From contig OX597820.1 in the NCBI GenBank assembly GCA_951406725.2, forward strand, positions 11,470,001 through 11,534,000: a DNA stretch of 64,000 bases, in the 5' to 3' direction. Of the stretch, positions 41,386 to 56,562 are shown piece by piece. The DNA comes from Octopus vulgaris. Its lineage: Eukaryota. The notes under the pieces were generated by a model. It made no database searches and was not told the origin of the DNA. It saw only the letters and a program-made list of their open reading frames with translations. A program made the translations under genes and the position numbers. Within the stretch, counting starts at the first letter, position 1. Every line of letters begins with the position of its first letter.

Positions 41386-41691
41386 TATAAAGGATATATT
41401 CAATACACGAGAAACTTTGCCTTTCATCCTTTCGGTGTCGATACATTAAATAACAGTTGAGTAGTGGGATCAAGGTTATTCACTTACCACCTTCCCCGAA
41501 ATCGCTGGCCTTGTACCAAAATTTGAAACCAATATACCAGAAACCAAGGAGGCGTGGTCGCAGTGGCCTAGCTAGAGTGTATCGCTGGGGGTAGCGCTTG
41601 GGCTTGTCCTCCATTCATCTGGGGATCCGAAGTCTCTAAAGGGTTATACAATAAACCCTAAAATTCATTATTTACATTTATTATTATTATT

Positions 41692-42243
41692 GAGTGAGAG
41701 AGCAGTTCATGCCATCAAAGTGAACTGGGGTAAAATATACGAAGCCCAAAATACCCATCATGACTACCCATCTGATAAGGGTACACCAGGCACATGCATC
41801 ACAACCATATGTGCGCGACATGGTGATCTCATACCAAGATAAACAGCACATGACCTTGCAAGTGGGGCCCAGTTAGAATTTTCTTCAGGTTGAGTAGCCC
41901 ATCCCGCTCAAAAGGTCCCTGAAAAAGGGTTGTTTAAGGATGTTGAAAGAACCACCCATGTTTCCAGAGGTGAATTATTCAAACCCCCAAGAATCCCTCT
42001 CAACACATGGCTATGATGCTCCCCCACTACTTCTGCTCGTGATCAGAGATGCACATATCGTCAGCCACTAAGGGACATGCTCAACTGGTTAAGGTCAAAC
42101 AACTGACAAGCAAATCTGTGGTATTGAGCAGAATATTTGCTGTAACCCATCTTTTATACCAAGACAAAACAATGTACATGATAACACTTTCAATCATAAG
42201 ATCAGAAGCCATGAGAGTCACTGCCTGGTACTGCATCAGGGCA

Positions 42244-42277
<34 letters not shown>

Positions 42278-42358
42278 TTTTTTTTTTCTTCTTTCAAATT
42301 TGCTTCCATTTCTTGCCGAGTGTCTTCCCGACTCCTAGGGCAAAGAAACTCATAGTAT
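41692..42358. mobile_element. Two inserts embedded in (TTA)n; 42288-42358 resembles an R4/Dong-type 3' UTR (minus strand)
   Basis: ~550-bp and ~70-bp complex segments each flanked by ATT repeats; ccctaggagtcgggaagacactcg on minus. Confidence 0.4.
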
Positions 42359-42359
42359 A

Positions 42360-42459
<100 letters not shown>

Positions 42460-42484
42460 ATGTTGCTACTACCTTTCCTAATAA

Positions 42485-43432
<948 letters not shown>

Positions 43433-43771
43433 ATTCAAAATTATGTGAATAAATAAGCATTGGATTTGACAGAGTAATCAGAATACTGAGGGTTTAAGGG
43501 AAACCCCGCTTCATATATAGGGCTTGGGGTGAGCTGTTGTAACAATTTCTCTTGGAAAGAGCGCCAAGTATACCATGAAGTGCGTTAACTGGCTTTGATC
43601 GTTGTGTGAGCCTCGTCCCATCATTTGGTCGAATTATCAGCCACAGGGCTGGTTACTGGACAAGAATTGACCTGGGGCTAAAATATCAGTAGCAACTTAA
43701 CCTAATATTTATCCTTCTGATCGACATGAACTAACTTACCAGTAACACATTTATCTTCATGAACACACAGT

Positions 43772-43860
<89 letters not shown>

Positions 43861-43959
43861 GCGCGTATCCTGTCCCTCTTCATATCAGACTTGGCAAAGA
43901 AACCCTGATCATCATAACCATTATATCGATCATCACGATCACCATAACGGTCAACAGCA

Positions 43960-43986
43960 ACAACATTGATGATGATGATAATGATA

Positions 43987-44030
<44 letters not shown>

Positions 44031-44782
44031 AGCAATGATGATGATGATGATGATAGCAATGATGATGATGAGGATGATGATGATGAAGATGATGAAAATG
44101 ATGATGATGATGATGATGATGATTGATGATGGTGATGGTGATGATGATGATTATGATGACGGCGTCGGCGGCGTCGGCGGCTTCGGCGGCGTCGGCGGTG
44201 GTGGTGATGAGGAGGAGGAGGAGGGGGAGGATAATGATGATAACGACGATGACCATGGTGGTGGTGGTTTTGAGGATGGTGTTTGTGGTGATGATTGATG
44301 ATGATGATGATGATGACGACAACGACGACGCAACAACGGTGATGGTATTGTTGGTGGTAGTGTAGTGGTGGTGGTGGTGGTGGTGGTCATGGATGGTGAT
44401 GATGATGATGACGATGAGGATAATGATTTCTAACATTGATCCAGTGTAGAATGTTGGTGGACAGCCAGATTAAACAATAACTCAAATAGCTTATGTTGCT
44501 GTTGTTGTTAAACTTCAGATCGCTTCTGATCGAACAGGTCTATGATAAATAAAAGTATTCCAAAAGTGACCAATCCACTTGAATTTCTGTTTTTGCTTCT
44601 TCTCCCCCCCCCCCCCCGCATAGAATATCTAGGATCACAATCACCAATATGACTGTTGGCTATTATTTAGCTTCAGGTCAACCCAGTAGTGTAGCGGGGG
44701 CGGGGATGGTCACAGGAACGGTCCAGCCGTCTCTTTTATAGGGGCAGCACTTTTGGATTCCGCTGCGTAAACCTATACTTTT

Positions 44783-44818
<36 letters not shown>

Positions 44819-45051
44819 TCCATCATCCTCATCCTCATCCTCATCATCATCATCATCATCTCCATCATCCTCATCCTCTTCATCATCATCATCATCATCA
44901 TCATCCTCATCCTCATCCTCCTCCTCATCATCATCATCATCTCCATCATCCTCATCCTCTTCATCATCATCATCATCTCCATCATCCTCATCCTCATCCT
45001 CATCCTCATCATCATCATCTCCATCATCCTCTTCTTCATCATCATCATCAT

Positions 45052-45085
<34 letters not shown>

Positions 45086-45118
45086 GTCGTCGTCGTCGTC
45101 GTCGTCGTCGTCATCATC
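43960..45118. repeat. Trinucleotide microsatellites (GAT/GGT/GGC; CAT/CCT with higher-order repetition)
   Basis: direct reading. Confidence 0.9.
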
Positions 45119-45748
45119 AACCCATGGACATTACGGTCTCGACTCTTAGGACTCGTGATACCGGTTACCCCCGTTTTCATGCCGTATAAGTGAACGGAAT
45201 CACAATCTCTCACCTTAACGGGATCACCCCCTCCCCTCCACCTTAACGAGACGCCCGTCCGCTGCAGGTGCACAGTTTTGAAGGGAGTGGGGGTCAAATC
45301 GATTATTTCGATCTCAGTACTTCACTGGCACGTTATATTTCATCTACTCCGAAAAGGACGAAAGGGAAAGACGACTTCGACGGGATTTGAACTCGGAACG
45401 CAAGGCTCTTGAAGAAATGCCATTAAGCATTTTGTCCGACATACTAAGAATTTTTTCCCAGCTCGCCATCTTCGTCTATTTTATTGGCAGATTCTATTTC
45501 ACGTTTATTGCAATGTATCTCGTAACAATGCATTTTCTAGAGTCAACAGCACTGTAATTGTTTGTGGAACATTGCCCAAGGATTCGGGTTAGTAGAAGCA
45601 TCTTACATTGTAGATAGACATTCGGCTGCTGACTTAGATTTCATCTCATGAAATTCACGCTCTGTTAGCAGCTTTTATATAATTCCCATTGTCTTCTGTT
45701 CTTCTCGACAAACATTTTCCATGTTGCTGTTGGCCAAATCTGAAAAGT

Positions 45749-48700
45749 GTAGAGACCTACAATAAATGTTTCCTTAATTTTATATCACTTTTACTTGTTT
45801 CAGTCATTTGACTGTGGTCATGCTGGAGCTCCGCCTTTTTAGTCGAGCAAATGGACCCCAGGACTTATTTTTTTGTAAGCCTAGTACTTATTCTATCGGT
45901 CTCTTTTAGCCGAACCGCTAAGTTACGGGGACGGAAACACACCAGCATCGGTTGTCAAGCGATGTTGTAGAGACCTACAATCAATGTTTCGTTTATTTTA
46001 TTTTACTCTCTACTCTTTTACTTTTTCCAGTCATTTGACTGCGGCCATGCTGGAGCGCCGCCTTTAGTCAATCAAATCGACCCCAGGACTTATTTTTTTG
46101 TAAGCCTAGTACTTATTCTATCGATCTCTTTTAGCCGAACCGCTAAGTTACGGGGACGGAAACACACCAGCATCGGTTGTCAAGCGATGTTGTAGAGACC
46201 TACAATCAATGTTTCGTTTATTTTATTTTACTCTCTACTCTTTTACTTTTTCCAGTCATTTGACTGCGGCCATGCTGGAGCGCCGCCTTTAGTCAATCAA
46301 ATCGACCCCAGGACTTATTTTTTTGTAAGCCTAGTACTTATTCTATCGATCTCTTTTAGCCGAACCGCTAAGTTACGGGGACGGAAACACACCAGCATCG
46401 GTTGTCAAGCGATGTTGTAGAGACCTACAATCAATGTTTCGTTTATTTTATTTTACTCTCTACTCTTTTACTTTTTCCAGTCATTTGACTGCGGCCATGC
46501 TGGAGCGCCGCCTTTAGTCAATCAAATCGACCCCAGGACTTATTTTTTGTAAGCCTAGTACTTATTCTATCGATCTCTTTTAGCCGAACCGCTAAGTTAC
46601 GGGGACGGAAACACACCAGCATCGGTTGTCAAGCGATGTTGTAGAGACCTACGATCAATGTTTCGTTTATTTTATTTTACTCTCTACTCTTTTACTTTTT
46701 CCAGTCATTTGACTGCGGCCATGCTGGAGCGCCGCCTTTAGTCAATCAAATCGACCCCAGGAGTTATTTTTTTGTAAGCCTAGTACTTATTCTATCGATC
46801 TCTTTTAGCCGAACCGCTAAGTTACGGGGACGGAAGCACACCAGCATCGGTTGTCAAGCGATGTTGTAGAGACCTACAATCAATGTTTCGTTAATTTTAT
46901 TTTACTCTCTACTCTTTTACTTTTTCCAGTCATTTGACTGCGGCCATGCTGGAGCGCCGCCTTTAGTCAATCAAATCGACCCCAGGACTTATTTTTTTGT
47001 AAGCCTAGTACTTATTCTATCGATCTCTTTTAGCCGAACCGCTAAGTTACGGGGACGGAAGCACACCAGCATCGGTTGTCAAGCGATGTTGTAGAGACCT
47101 ACAATCAATGTTTCGTTAATTTTATTTTACTCTCTACTCTTTTACTTTTTCCAGTCATTTGACTGCGGCCATGCTGGAGCGCCGCCTTTAGTCAATCAAA
47201 TCGACCCCAGGAGTTATTTTTTTGTAAGCCTAGTACTTATTCTATCGGTCTCTTTTAGCCGAACCGCTAAGTTACGGGGACGGAAACACACCAGCATCGG
47301 TTGTCAAGCGATGTTGTAGAGACCTACAATCAATGTTTCGTTTATTTTATTTTACTCTCTACTCTTTTACTTTTTCCAGTCATTTGACTGCGGCCATGCT
47401 GGAGCGCCGCCTTTATTCAATCAAATCGACCCCAGGAGTTATTTTTTTGTAAGCCTAGTACTTATTCTATCGATCTCTTTTAGCCGAACCGCTAAGTTAC
47501 GGGGACGGAAGCACACCAGCATCGGTTGTCAAGCGATGTTGTAGAGACCTACAATCAATGTTTCGTTTATTTTATTTTACTCTCTACTCTTTTACTTTTT
47601 CCAGTCATTTGACTGCGGCCATGCTGGAGCGCCGCCTTTAGTCAATCAAATCGACCCCAGGAGTTATTTTTTTGTAAGCCTAGTACTTATTCTATCGATC
47701 TCTTTTAGCCGAACCGCTAATTACGGGGACGGAAGCACACCAGCATCGGTTGTCAAGCGATGTTGTAGAGACCTACAATCAATGTTTCGTTTATTTTATT
47801 TTACTCTCTACTCTTTTACTTTTTCCAGTCATTTGACTGCGGCCATGCTGGAGCGCCGCCTTTAGTCAATCAAATCGACCCCAGGAGTTATTTTTTTGTA
47901 AGCCTAGTACTTATTCTATCGATCTCTTTTAGCCGAACCGCTAAGTTACGGGGACGGAAGCACACCAGCATCGGTTGTCAAGCGATGTTGTAGAGACCTA
48001 CAATCAATGTTTCGTTTATTTTATTTTACTCTCTACTCTTTTACTTTTTCCAGTCATTTGACTGCGGCCATGCTGGAGCGCCGCCTTTAGTCAATCAAAT
48101 CGACCCCAGGAGTTATTTTTTTGTAAGCCTAGTACTTATTCTATCGATCTCTTTTAGCCGAACCGCTAAGTTACGGGGACGGAAGCACACCAGCATCGGT
48201 TGTCAAGCGATGTTGTAGAGACCTACAATCAATGTTTCGTTTATTTTATTTTACTCTCTACTCTTTTACTTTTTCCAGTCATTTGACTGCGGCCATGCTG
48301 GAGCGCCGCCTTTAGTCAATCAAATCGACCCCAGGAGTTATTTTTTTGTAAGCCTAGTACTTATTCTATCGATCTCTTTTAGCCGAACCGCTAAGTTACG
48401 GGGACGGAAGCACACCAGCATCGGTTGTCAAGCGATGTTGTAGAGACCTACAATCAATGTTTCGTTTATTTTATTTTACTCTCTACTCTTTTACTTTTTC
48501 CAGTCATTTGACTGCGGCCATGCTGGAGCGCCGCCTTTAGTCAATCAAATCGACCCCAGGACTTATTTTTTTGTAAGCCTAGTACTTATTCTATCGATCT
48601 CTTTTAGCCGAACCGCTAAGTTACGGGGACGGAAACACACCAGCATCGGTTGTCAAGCGATGTTGTAGAGACCTACAATCAATGTTTCGTTAATTTTATT

Positions 48701-49567
48701 TTACTCTCTACTCTTTTACTTTTTCCAGTCATTTGACTGCGGCCATGCTGGAGCGCCGCCTTTAGTCAATCAAATCGACCCCAGGACTTATTTTTTTGTA
48801 AGCCTAGTACTTATTCTATCGATCTCCTTTAGCCGACCAACCGCTAAGTTACGGGGACGGAAACACACCAGCATCGGTTGTCAAGCGATGTTGTAGAGAC
48901 CTACAATCAATGTTTCGTTTATTTTATTTTACTCTCTACTCTTTTACTTTTTCCAGTCATTTGACTGCGGCCATGCTGGAGCGCCGCCTTTAGTCAATCA
49001 AATCGACCCCAGGACTTATTTTTTTGTAAGCCTAGTACTTATTCTATCGATCTCTTTTAGCCGAACCGCTAAGTTACGGGGACGGAAACACACCAGCATC
49101 GGTTGTCAAGCGATGTTGTAGAGACCTACAATCAATGTTTCGTTTATTTTATTTTACTCTCTACTCTTTTACTTTTTCCAGTCATTTGACTGCGGCCATG
49201 CTGGAGCGCCGCCTTTAGTCAATCAAATCGACCCCAGGACTTATTTTTTTGTAAGCCTAGTACTTATTCTATCGATCTCTTTTAGCCGAACCGCTAAGTT
49301 ACGGGGACGGAAACACACCAGCATCGGTTGTCAAGCGATGTTGTAGAGACCTACAATCAATGTTTCGTTAATTTTATTTTACTCTCTACTCTTTTACTTT
49401 TTCCAGTCATTTGAGTGTGGCCATGCTGAAGCACCGCCTTTAGTCGTGCACATCGACCCCTGGACTTATTTTTTTGTAAGCTTAGTACTTATTATATCGG
49501 TATCTTTGGCCGAACCGCTAAGTTACAGGGACGTAAACACACCAGCATCGTTTGTCAAGCGATGTTG
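45749..49567 (-). repeat. Satellite array, 17 x ~225 bp; unit = short flank plus 3' half of SINE B
   Basis: unit starts (gtagagaccta) at 45749, 45967, 46192, 46417, 46641, 46866, 47091, 47316, 47541, 47765, 47990, 48215, 48440, 48665, 48893, 49118, 49343; last unit continues into the SINE head to ~49790. Confidence 0.97.
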
Positions 49568-50042
49568 GTGGGACAAACACAGACGCACAGTCATATGCAC
49601 AAACATACATATATGTATATATACAATATATACTACGGGCTTCTTTCAGTTTCCGTCTACCAAATCCACTCACAAGGCTTCGGTCGGCCCGAGGCTATAG
49701 TTGAAGACACTTGCCCAAGCTGCCACACACTGGGACTGCACCCGGAACCATGTGGTTGGTAAGCAAGCTACTTACCACACAGCCACTTCTATTTATATAT
49801 TTATCTGTTCGTTGCATAATATATCTGGGTCTACATTATCAATTTCAGGCTAAATCTGAGGATTTTTATATTTCTTTTTGTTTTCAGATAAGCAGCTTGA
49901 TTCGTTGGTGAACAGTCAACGGCGTTGATGAGCATAAAGTTATAGTTGAGAAAAATTTAACTGATATGGAAGACCGGAAACCATCTGAATATTGGAAAAG
50001 TGTTGCCTGTATCTGGAGGATTCGCGCCGGGTATCAAATACC

Positions 50043-50277
50043 TATTTCTTTACTACCCACAAGGGGCTAAACACGGAGAGGACAAACAAGGACAGACAAA
50101 CGGATTAAGTCGATTACATCGACCCCAGTGCGTAATTGGTACTTATTTAATCGACCCCGAATGGATGAAAGGCAAAGTCGACCTCGGCGGAATTTGAACT
50201 CAGAACGTAACGACAGACAAAATACCGCTAAGCATTTCGCCCGGGGTGCTAACGTTTCTGCCAGCTCGCCGCCTTCG
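50043..50277 (-). mobile_element. SINE family A with 15-bp TSD
   Basis: cgggtatcaaatacc at 50028-42 and 50278-92. Confidence 0.9.
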
Positions 50278-50498
50278 CGGGTATCAAATACCGCCATCAG
50301 GACTACTGCTCAATGTACTGTGAACACTGTAAAACTATAAGACGTTCACATGGTCAGCTGCAACGAAGACTACGAAACCGTGGTCAGCAGGAAGGACACG
50401 GCAGGTGTTTCTGACTGCATCCACCCGCCGGAATTCATTCAACAGCTGACGAACAGGGCCTTACGCTCATTTCTGATGGCTAAGTGAAATTGCTAGGT

Positions 50499-50854
50499 AC
50501 TATGGTCAATCCCTGGCTGGAGAAGGTTGCTGTTGTAAGGCCATATGTGTAGGAGCAGGATTCTGTTCCTAGCCACAACTCCAGAAAATGTCAGAAATGG
50601 TTGTCGAAAAATTTCTATGACTTCACCAACCACAATTTCTAGCCTCCTAATTGCTCCGATTATAATTCCATAGATTACTATGTGTGGGGGGATTTGAAAA
50701 AGACATCACTTGCTCTGTCAGCAAGAAGGCTAATCTGGTGGTCAAGATCGAGTTTTTCAGAGATCTACCCAGGGACACAGTGAGGGGCACACGCACCAGG
50801 TTTCGGAACCGCTTTCAGGCCGTGGTGAAATCTGAGAGCGGCTACTTTCAATAA
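50499..50854 (+). pseudogene. maT-type (DD37D) transposase C-terminal remnant
   Basis: TMVNPWLEKVAVVRPYV*EQDSVPSHNSRKCQKWLSKNFYDFTNHNF*PPNCSDYNSIDYYVWG (37 aa between the two D residues)...RFRNRFQAVVKSESGYFQ*. Confidence 0.85.
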
Positions 50855-51413
50855 ACTCTTATCTCCCAGCCATAATCTGGTTGATATTTTTTGATTTTCT
50901 AAAATACTTTTATTTCTGGTTGGGACATTGTGTTTCCTTTTCCTTCTGTGCAAATTGTCGAATTTAGAACAAACACTCTAAATGTTCTCATTTTAAGTCG
51001 GTAAGATGTGATATGAGAGAAATATGACAACCATTTCTGGCAGGGTAATCAGCTCACACTTCTCGTTAGTTTAATAGGTAAGAAAACTAAATTTTCGTCA
51101 AACGGATAGCAAATATATTTCCGTTGTAATTCGTTCTTTTTATCTCATGATACTGGGGATACATATTTGCGTGACAGCTACTTTTGCATTGAGTTCACCA
51201 TGGATGGTGAGCAGTTTACCTTTTTCTATGTATTTTGTTTGTCGTTGTGACGTGTATTTAAGTACGGAGGTATACTTGCAGGCCGAATGATTTGATATGA
51301 GATTGTGTTCTGAAACTAAAACGACTGTAGCGTAGAAAACACAAGTCAGCCATTCAGAATCACACAAATATCGCAGGGTGACGGTGTAGTGTGTGATCTG
51401 CATACATGTTTCT

Positions 51414-51863
51414 TATTTCTTTGTTTCTTTATTGCCCACAAGGGGCTTAAACATAGAGGGGACAAACAAGGACAGACAAAGGGATTAAGTCGATTACATC
51501 GACTCCAGTGCGTAACTGGTACTTAATTTACAGAACCCGAAAGGATGAAAGGCAAAGTCGACCTCGGCGAAATTTGACCTCAGGACGTAACGGCATACGA
51601 AATACCTATTTCTCTACTACCCACAAGGAGCTAAACACAGAGAGGGCAAACAAGGACAGACAACCGGATTAAGTCAATTACATCGACCCCAGTGCGTAAC
51701 TGGTACTTAATTTCCAGAACCCGAAAGGATGAAAGGCAAAGTCGACCTCGGCGAAATTTGACCTCAGGACGTAACGGCAGACGAAATACCTAACATAACG
51801 GCAAACGAAATACCGCTCAGCATTTCGCCCTGCGTGCTAACGTTTCTGCCAGCTCGCCGCCTT
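51414..51863 (-). mobile_element. SINE family A dimer
   Basis: junction at 51600-12; TSD-like catacatgtttct on both sides. Confidence 0.85.
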
Positions 51864-51892
51864 TCATATCTACATACATGTTTCTGGTATAG

Positions 51893-52352
51893 CTTGTGAT
51901 CTACACCGACTTTTTGATCTACATTTAAAATTCATCTATTTACTCGACTTCTGCTTGGTTCGGTATATAAACCAAAAAACACTTTTATGATTTAAACACT
52001 TTTAGTCCTGGGCCCATTAAAAGAAGTCGTGACACACAGGTTATTCGAGATGAAGAAGCTGCAACAGAATTTCTCCGACGCTATTTATTCCTTCATGAAC
52101 ATTGTTTCTAGTATGAAATAAAAATCAATAAAAAATTTTCTTTTTTCTTTTATTTTTTTTAAATGTTTAACTCACTCCTCTAATTACAATTGCAAATTTA
52201 TAACAAAATTTTGAATGGAGATCACAAGCTAGTCTAGATTTAAGTTGCCTTAGATCACAATTGCATGTAGAACACAACGGCATTAGATCACAACGGCATT
52301 AGATCAGAACTGCATGTAGATCACAATGGCGAGTAGATCTCATATTACACCG
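51893..52352. mobile_element. DNA-transposon-like remnant with inverted subterminal repeats
   Basis: tgatctaca x2 on the left; about five tagatcacaa-like copies at 52251-52341; ends attacaccgg. Confidence 0.35.
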
Positions 52353-52575
52353 GCACTGATTGCAGGGTTATATATTTACAGTTGAGTGGATTGGAAATGA
52401 AATGAAGTGTTTTTATCAAATCCCACAACACAGCATCCGGCCCGGGAATCGAGACCACGATCTTGTAAGCGTCAGTGCTACACCCCAACAACCAGACAGC
52501 GTGCATTCGCTAGTATTTTCATCCTTGGTTTTCAAATATATACAGATTGCTTTGACATAATATTTATCTCGCATC

Positions 52576-53352
52576 AAGGCGACGAGATGGCAAAATCACT
52601 GGCTCGCCGGTAAAAATGCTTAGCAGCATTTCGTCCGTCTTCACGTTCTGAGTTTAAATATCTGACGAGGTTGACGGTGCCTTTCATCCTTCAGGGGTCA
52701 ATAAGATAAGTACCGTTGTGCACTGGGGATCGATGTAATCGACTTCCCCCTCCCCTGAGCTTGCTGATCTAGATTCAAACTTTTCTACTCCAGGGAGTGG
52801 GGGCCAGTCGATTAGATCGACTCCAGTACGCAACTGGTACTTAATTTATCGATCTCGAAAGGATGAAAGGCAAAGTCGACTTCGGCGGAATTTGAACTCA
52901 GAACATAAAGACAGACGAAATACCTATTTCTATTTCTTTACTAGACACAGAGAGGACAAACAAGGACAGACAAACAGATTAAGTCGATTATATTGACCCT
53001 AGTGCGTAACTGGTACTTATTTAATCGACCCCGAAAGGATGAAAGGCAAAGTCGACCTCGGTAGAATTTGAAATCAGAACGTAGCGGCAGACGAAATACT
53101 GCTAAGCATTTCGCCCGGCGTGCTAACGTCTCATTTCTTTATTGCCAACAAGGGGCTAAACACAGAGAGGACAAACAAGGACAGACAAACGGATTAAGTC
53201 GATTATATCGACCCCAGTGCGTAAATGGTATTTAATATATAGACCCCGAGAGGATGAAAGGCAAAGTCGACCTCGACGGAATTTGAACTCAGAACGTAAC
53301 CGCAGACGAAATACAGCTAAGCATTTCGCCCAGCGTGCTAACGTTTCTGCCA
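52576..53352. mobile_element. Cluster of family A SINEs: one plus copy abutting three minus units
   Basis: 52576-52770 (+); 52780-53352 (-) with junction at 52918-30. Confidence 0.85.
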
Positions 53353-54665
53353 GCGTTCTGCTAACGTTTCTGCCTTTCAAAAGGTACCACTTTGACGAAC
53401 ACGTAGTGAAAAGCGACACATCAAGTATTCGAGAGTTCAGTATCCTGTTCAATGATACAATCGTACGCTAGGAACCAATCCGTGCTATTATATATATTCA
53501 CACGGTCACTGTGATACTTTGGAGTTTGGTAACACCTAAGAGAAACCTTGACTGCTGTATAGATATCAGAACTTAGAAATGCCATACGTGTTACGAGATC
53601 TGTCGAAACTGTTTTGCAGAATGTCTGATTTAATTCGTTATTTTGACAACATTACTGTAAATAGAGATCTTGGAGAACTCAGTACAGAATCAATGACCTT
53701 TGTACGGAGACAAGAAGAACGACAGTGGCGAGTGGAATGGTTCGGTTGTTTTGGTTGGTTGTGTTGTTTATTGTTATTGAAAAAGAAGTTTTGTTGAGAG
53801 GTTGTTGGTGCAAGTGGAAAGTCAACAAAAATGATTTTTTTTTTAAGAAACGTGAAGGTAGAAGGTTGGCGGCGGCGGCGGCGGCGGCGGCGCGGGATGG
53901 CTGTGGTGATGGTCATGTGGTAGCAGAGGTAACGGTGGTGGCGATAGAAGTTGTTGTCATGGAGGTCATGGAGATCGTGACAGTGGTGATGGTGGTGGCG
54001 GTGGTAGTGGTGGTGGTGGTGATGGTGGTGGTGGTGATGGTGTCGGCGGCGGCGGCGACGGTAGTGGTGGTGGAGGGGACACGCGATAATGGCGGTCATA
54101 GTGTTGGTAACTGTTGGCGGTTAGGGCTGCAATGATGGTTTGGTGTTGATGTTGGTGTTGGCAGAATTGTTACTGCGCCGGGAAAAATGCTTAGCATCCT
54201 TTCGTCCATCTTCACGTTCTGAGTTCAAATTCCACCGAGGTCGACTTTGCCTTTCATCCTTTCCGAGTCGATTAAAAAAAAAGTACCACTTAAAATATTG
54301 GAATCATCTCGGCTGAAATTGCTGGCCTTGAGCCAAAATTTGAAATCAATATTTAATTTTTTATATGAGTTCCGCACCCAATAAAGAATAATGGTTACTC
54401 AACTACATTGATATTATTTGTGGAAACACCCAACATGAAATTCGGGTTTTACAAAAGCCAAAGGACGACAGCAATTCATATTGGTAGCGGCCTCTTAAAG
54501 AAGATATTTAACAGTAGCAACGTTTTTCGTTTTTGAATAGTACTTTAATACGAGTCATGGTTTTAGTTTCGTAAATGCTCAGCAACTGAAATATTCTGAA
54601 ATAATTTCTAGCTTAAATGGAAAAAACCTTGATCTTTGTGATGTTGTTAAAATAATGCTATTATA

Positions 54666-55231
54666 TTGGGTTGTCCGGAAAGTTCGTGACGATTTTTAAA
54701 GGAAAGAAAAAGGTCAATAAATACTTGCCATTACATTTTTAGTCAACCAAATATGAACTATTTTGTTGCACAATGCGTCTCCATCTTTTCTTTCATTTGA
54801 AAATACCCTCTTCCCAGAATTGAGGTGGTTTCATGGCAAAGAATTCATCAAGGTATCTTTTTACGTCATCCAAGGAATTGAAATTTTTACCATTAAGACT
54901 ATTCTGCAGAGACCTGAATAAGTGGAAATCCGAAGGAGCAATATCTGATGAATATGGAGGGTGGGGTAACACATTCCAGCCGAGCTGCAGCAATTTTTGC
55001 CTGGTTCCCAAAGCATCAAGTGCCGATAATGAACTTTATTATCTTCCATTTTAAAGGGTTACAGAATTAACACAGGTTATAGGAACATAAACCTTCTTCC
55101 ACGAAAAGCTAGCTTAAACTGTACTCTAAATGGAGATATAGTCAAATCCTATTTTATGGACTCAATCATGTTCTAAAATAAGTCGAAAGGTAAGCTACTA
55201 TAAATCGGCACGAACTTTCCGGACAACCCAA
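54666..55231 (-). mobile_element. Internally deleted mariner element
   Basis: TIRs ttgggttgtccggaaagttcgtg.cgattt, TA TSDs; MEDNKVHYRHLML fused out of frame to TRQKLLQLGWNVLPHPPYSSDIAPSDFHLFRSL. Confidence 0.92.
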
Positions 55232-56191
55232 TATATGGGGAGTTCACGAAGAGAGGATGTCCAATAGTCTTTCAACATGGCCATCCACCCTCCAAATAGT
55301 TGTATACTCATTATCAAACGTATTTCCTAACTAGTTAAAGGAAATCATCATATACACGCCTGTCGTATACACGTGACAGTAATTAACATTTATGCATATA
55401 CATATACACTTATCTACATCTACATTTAAATACATATATGTATGAGTCTCGTTACGGCGACGAGTGTTCTAGTTGATCCACTCAGTGGAACTGATGGCTC
55501 CTGAAATTAACGTGCAAGTGGCTGAGTACTCCACAGGCACGTGTACCCTTAGCGTAGTTCTCAGGGAGATTCAGCGAGACACATCATGTGACAAGTAAAA
55601 ATTCATTTTTGCCAGCTGAGTGGACTGAGGAAACATGAAATAAAGTGTCTTGCTCAAGGACACGACATGCCGCCGAGACTCGAACTTATGACTTTATGTG
55701 AAACAAATACTCTAACCGTATATTTTATGAGCTAATATATATGTATATACAAATCTCCTCTTCTCTATATAAATGTGTATGTATATATAAATACATATAG
55801 ACATAAGTCTCATGTAAATATATATATGTGAGAGAAGGTATACCAGTATGAGTGTGTGTGTGTGTATGTGTCTGTGTGTGTGAGAGAGTATGGGTGTGTA
55901 TGGATATATAAATCTGATACGGTGTATGCTCAACCTTATCGTTTATGTAAAGTACTTATATCTTAGACATGCTCTTCAGTTTCTTGCAGCTTAAATGGCG
56001 TAATATGTGAGTGATTTCCTTTTATTACTTTCCTCTCTTCTTAGCTTTATCTTTTCGTCGAAGGATATGCTCCGCCCTTGTGATGTAATTCCGATCTGCA
56101 GCACTTGAGGCATTGCGTACACACACGTACACACACACATTTACATACGTTACACATACGCACACATTCACTCCCACACATGCCGATTAAA

Positions 56192-56239
<48 letters not shown>

Positions 56240-56266
56240 CACACACGCATGTATGTATATACATGC

Positions 56267-56383
<117 letters not shown>

Positions 56384-56460
56384 ACAAATATGTATGTGTG
56401 GATATATACATATATCTAGCAGTCAATCTATATCTCTATGTCTGTCTGTATGTATGTATG

Positions 56461-56492
<32 letters not shown>

Positions 56493-56562
56493 TGTATGTA
56501 TGTATGTAGCTATCTATCTATCTATCTATCTATCTCTCTATCTAGCCATATAAAGATATAAA

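Noticed and set aside
45749-49567. CRISPR-like array
   Set aside because: Units are near-identical along their whole length, with no unique spacers and no cas genes; the unit derives from a SINE.
50128-50340. Recurrent peptide MRNWYLIYRPRKDERQSRPRRNLNSE as a gene family
   Set aside because: It is the antisense reading of SINE family A.
54666-55231. Active transposase or Fanzor/TnpB-type cargo
   Set aside because: Internally deleted mariner; I saw no RuvC-like ORF anywhere in the window.
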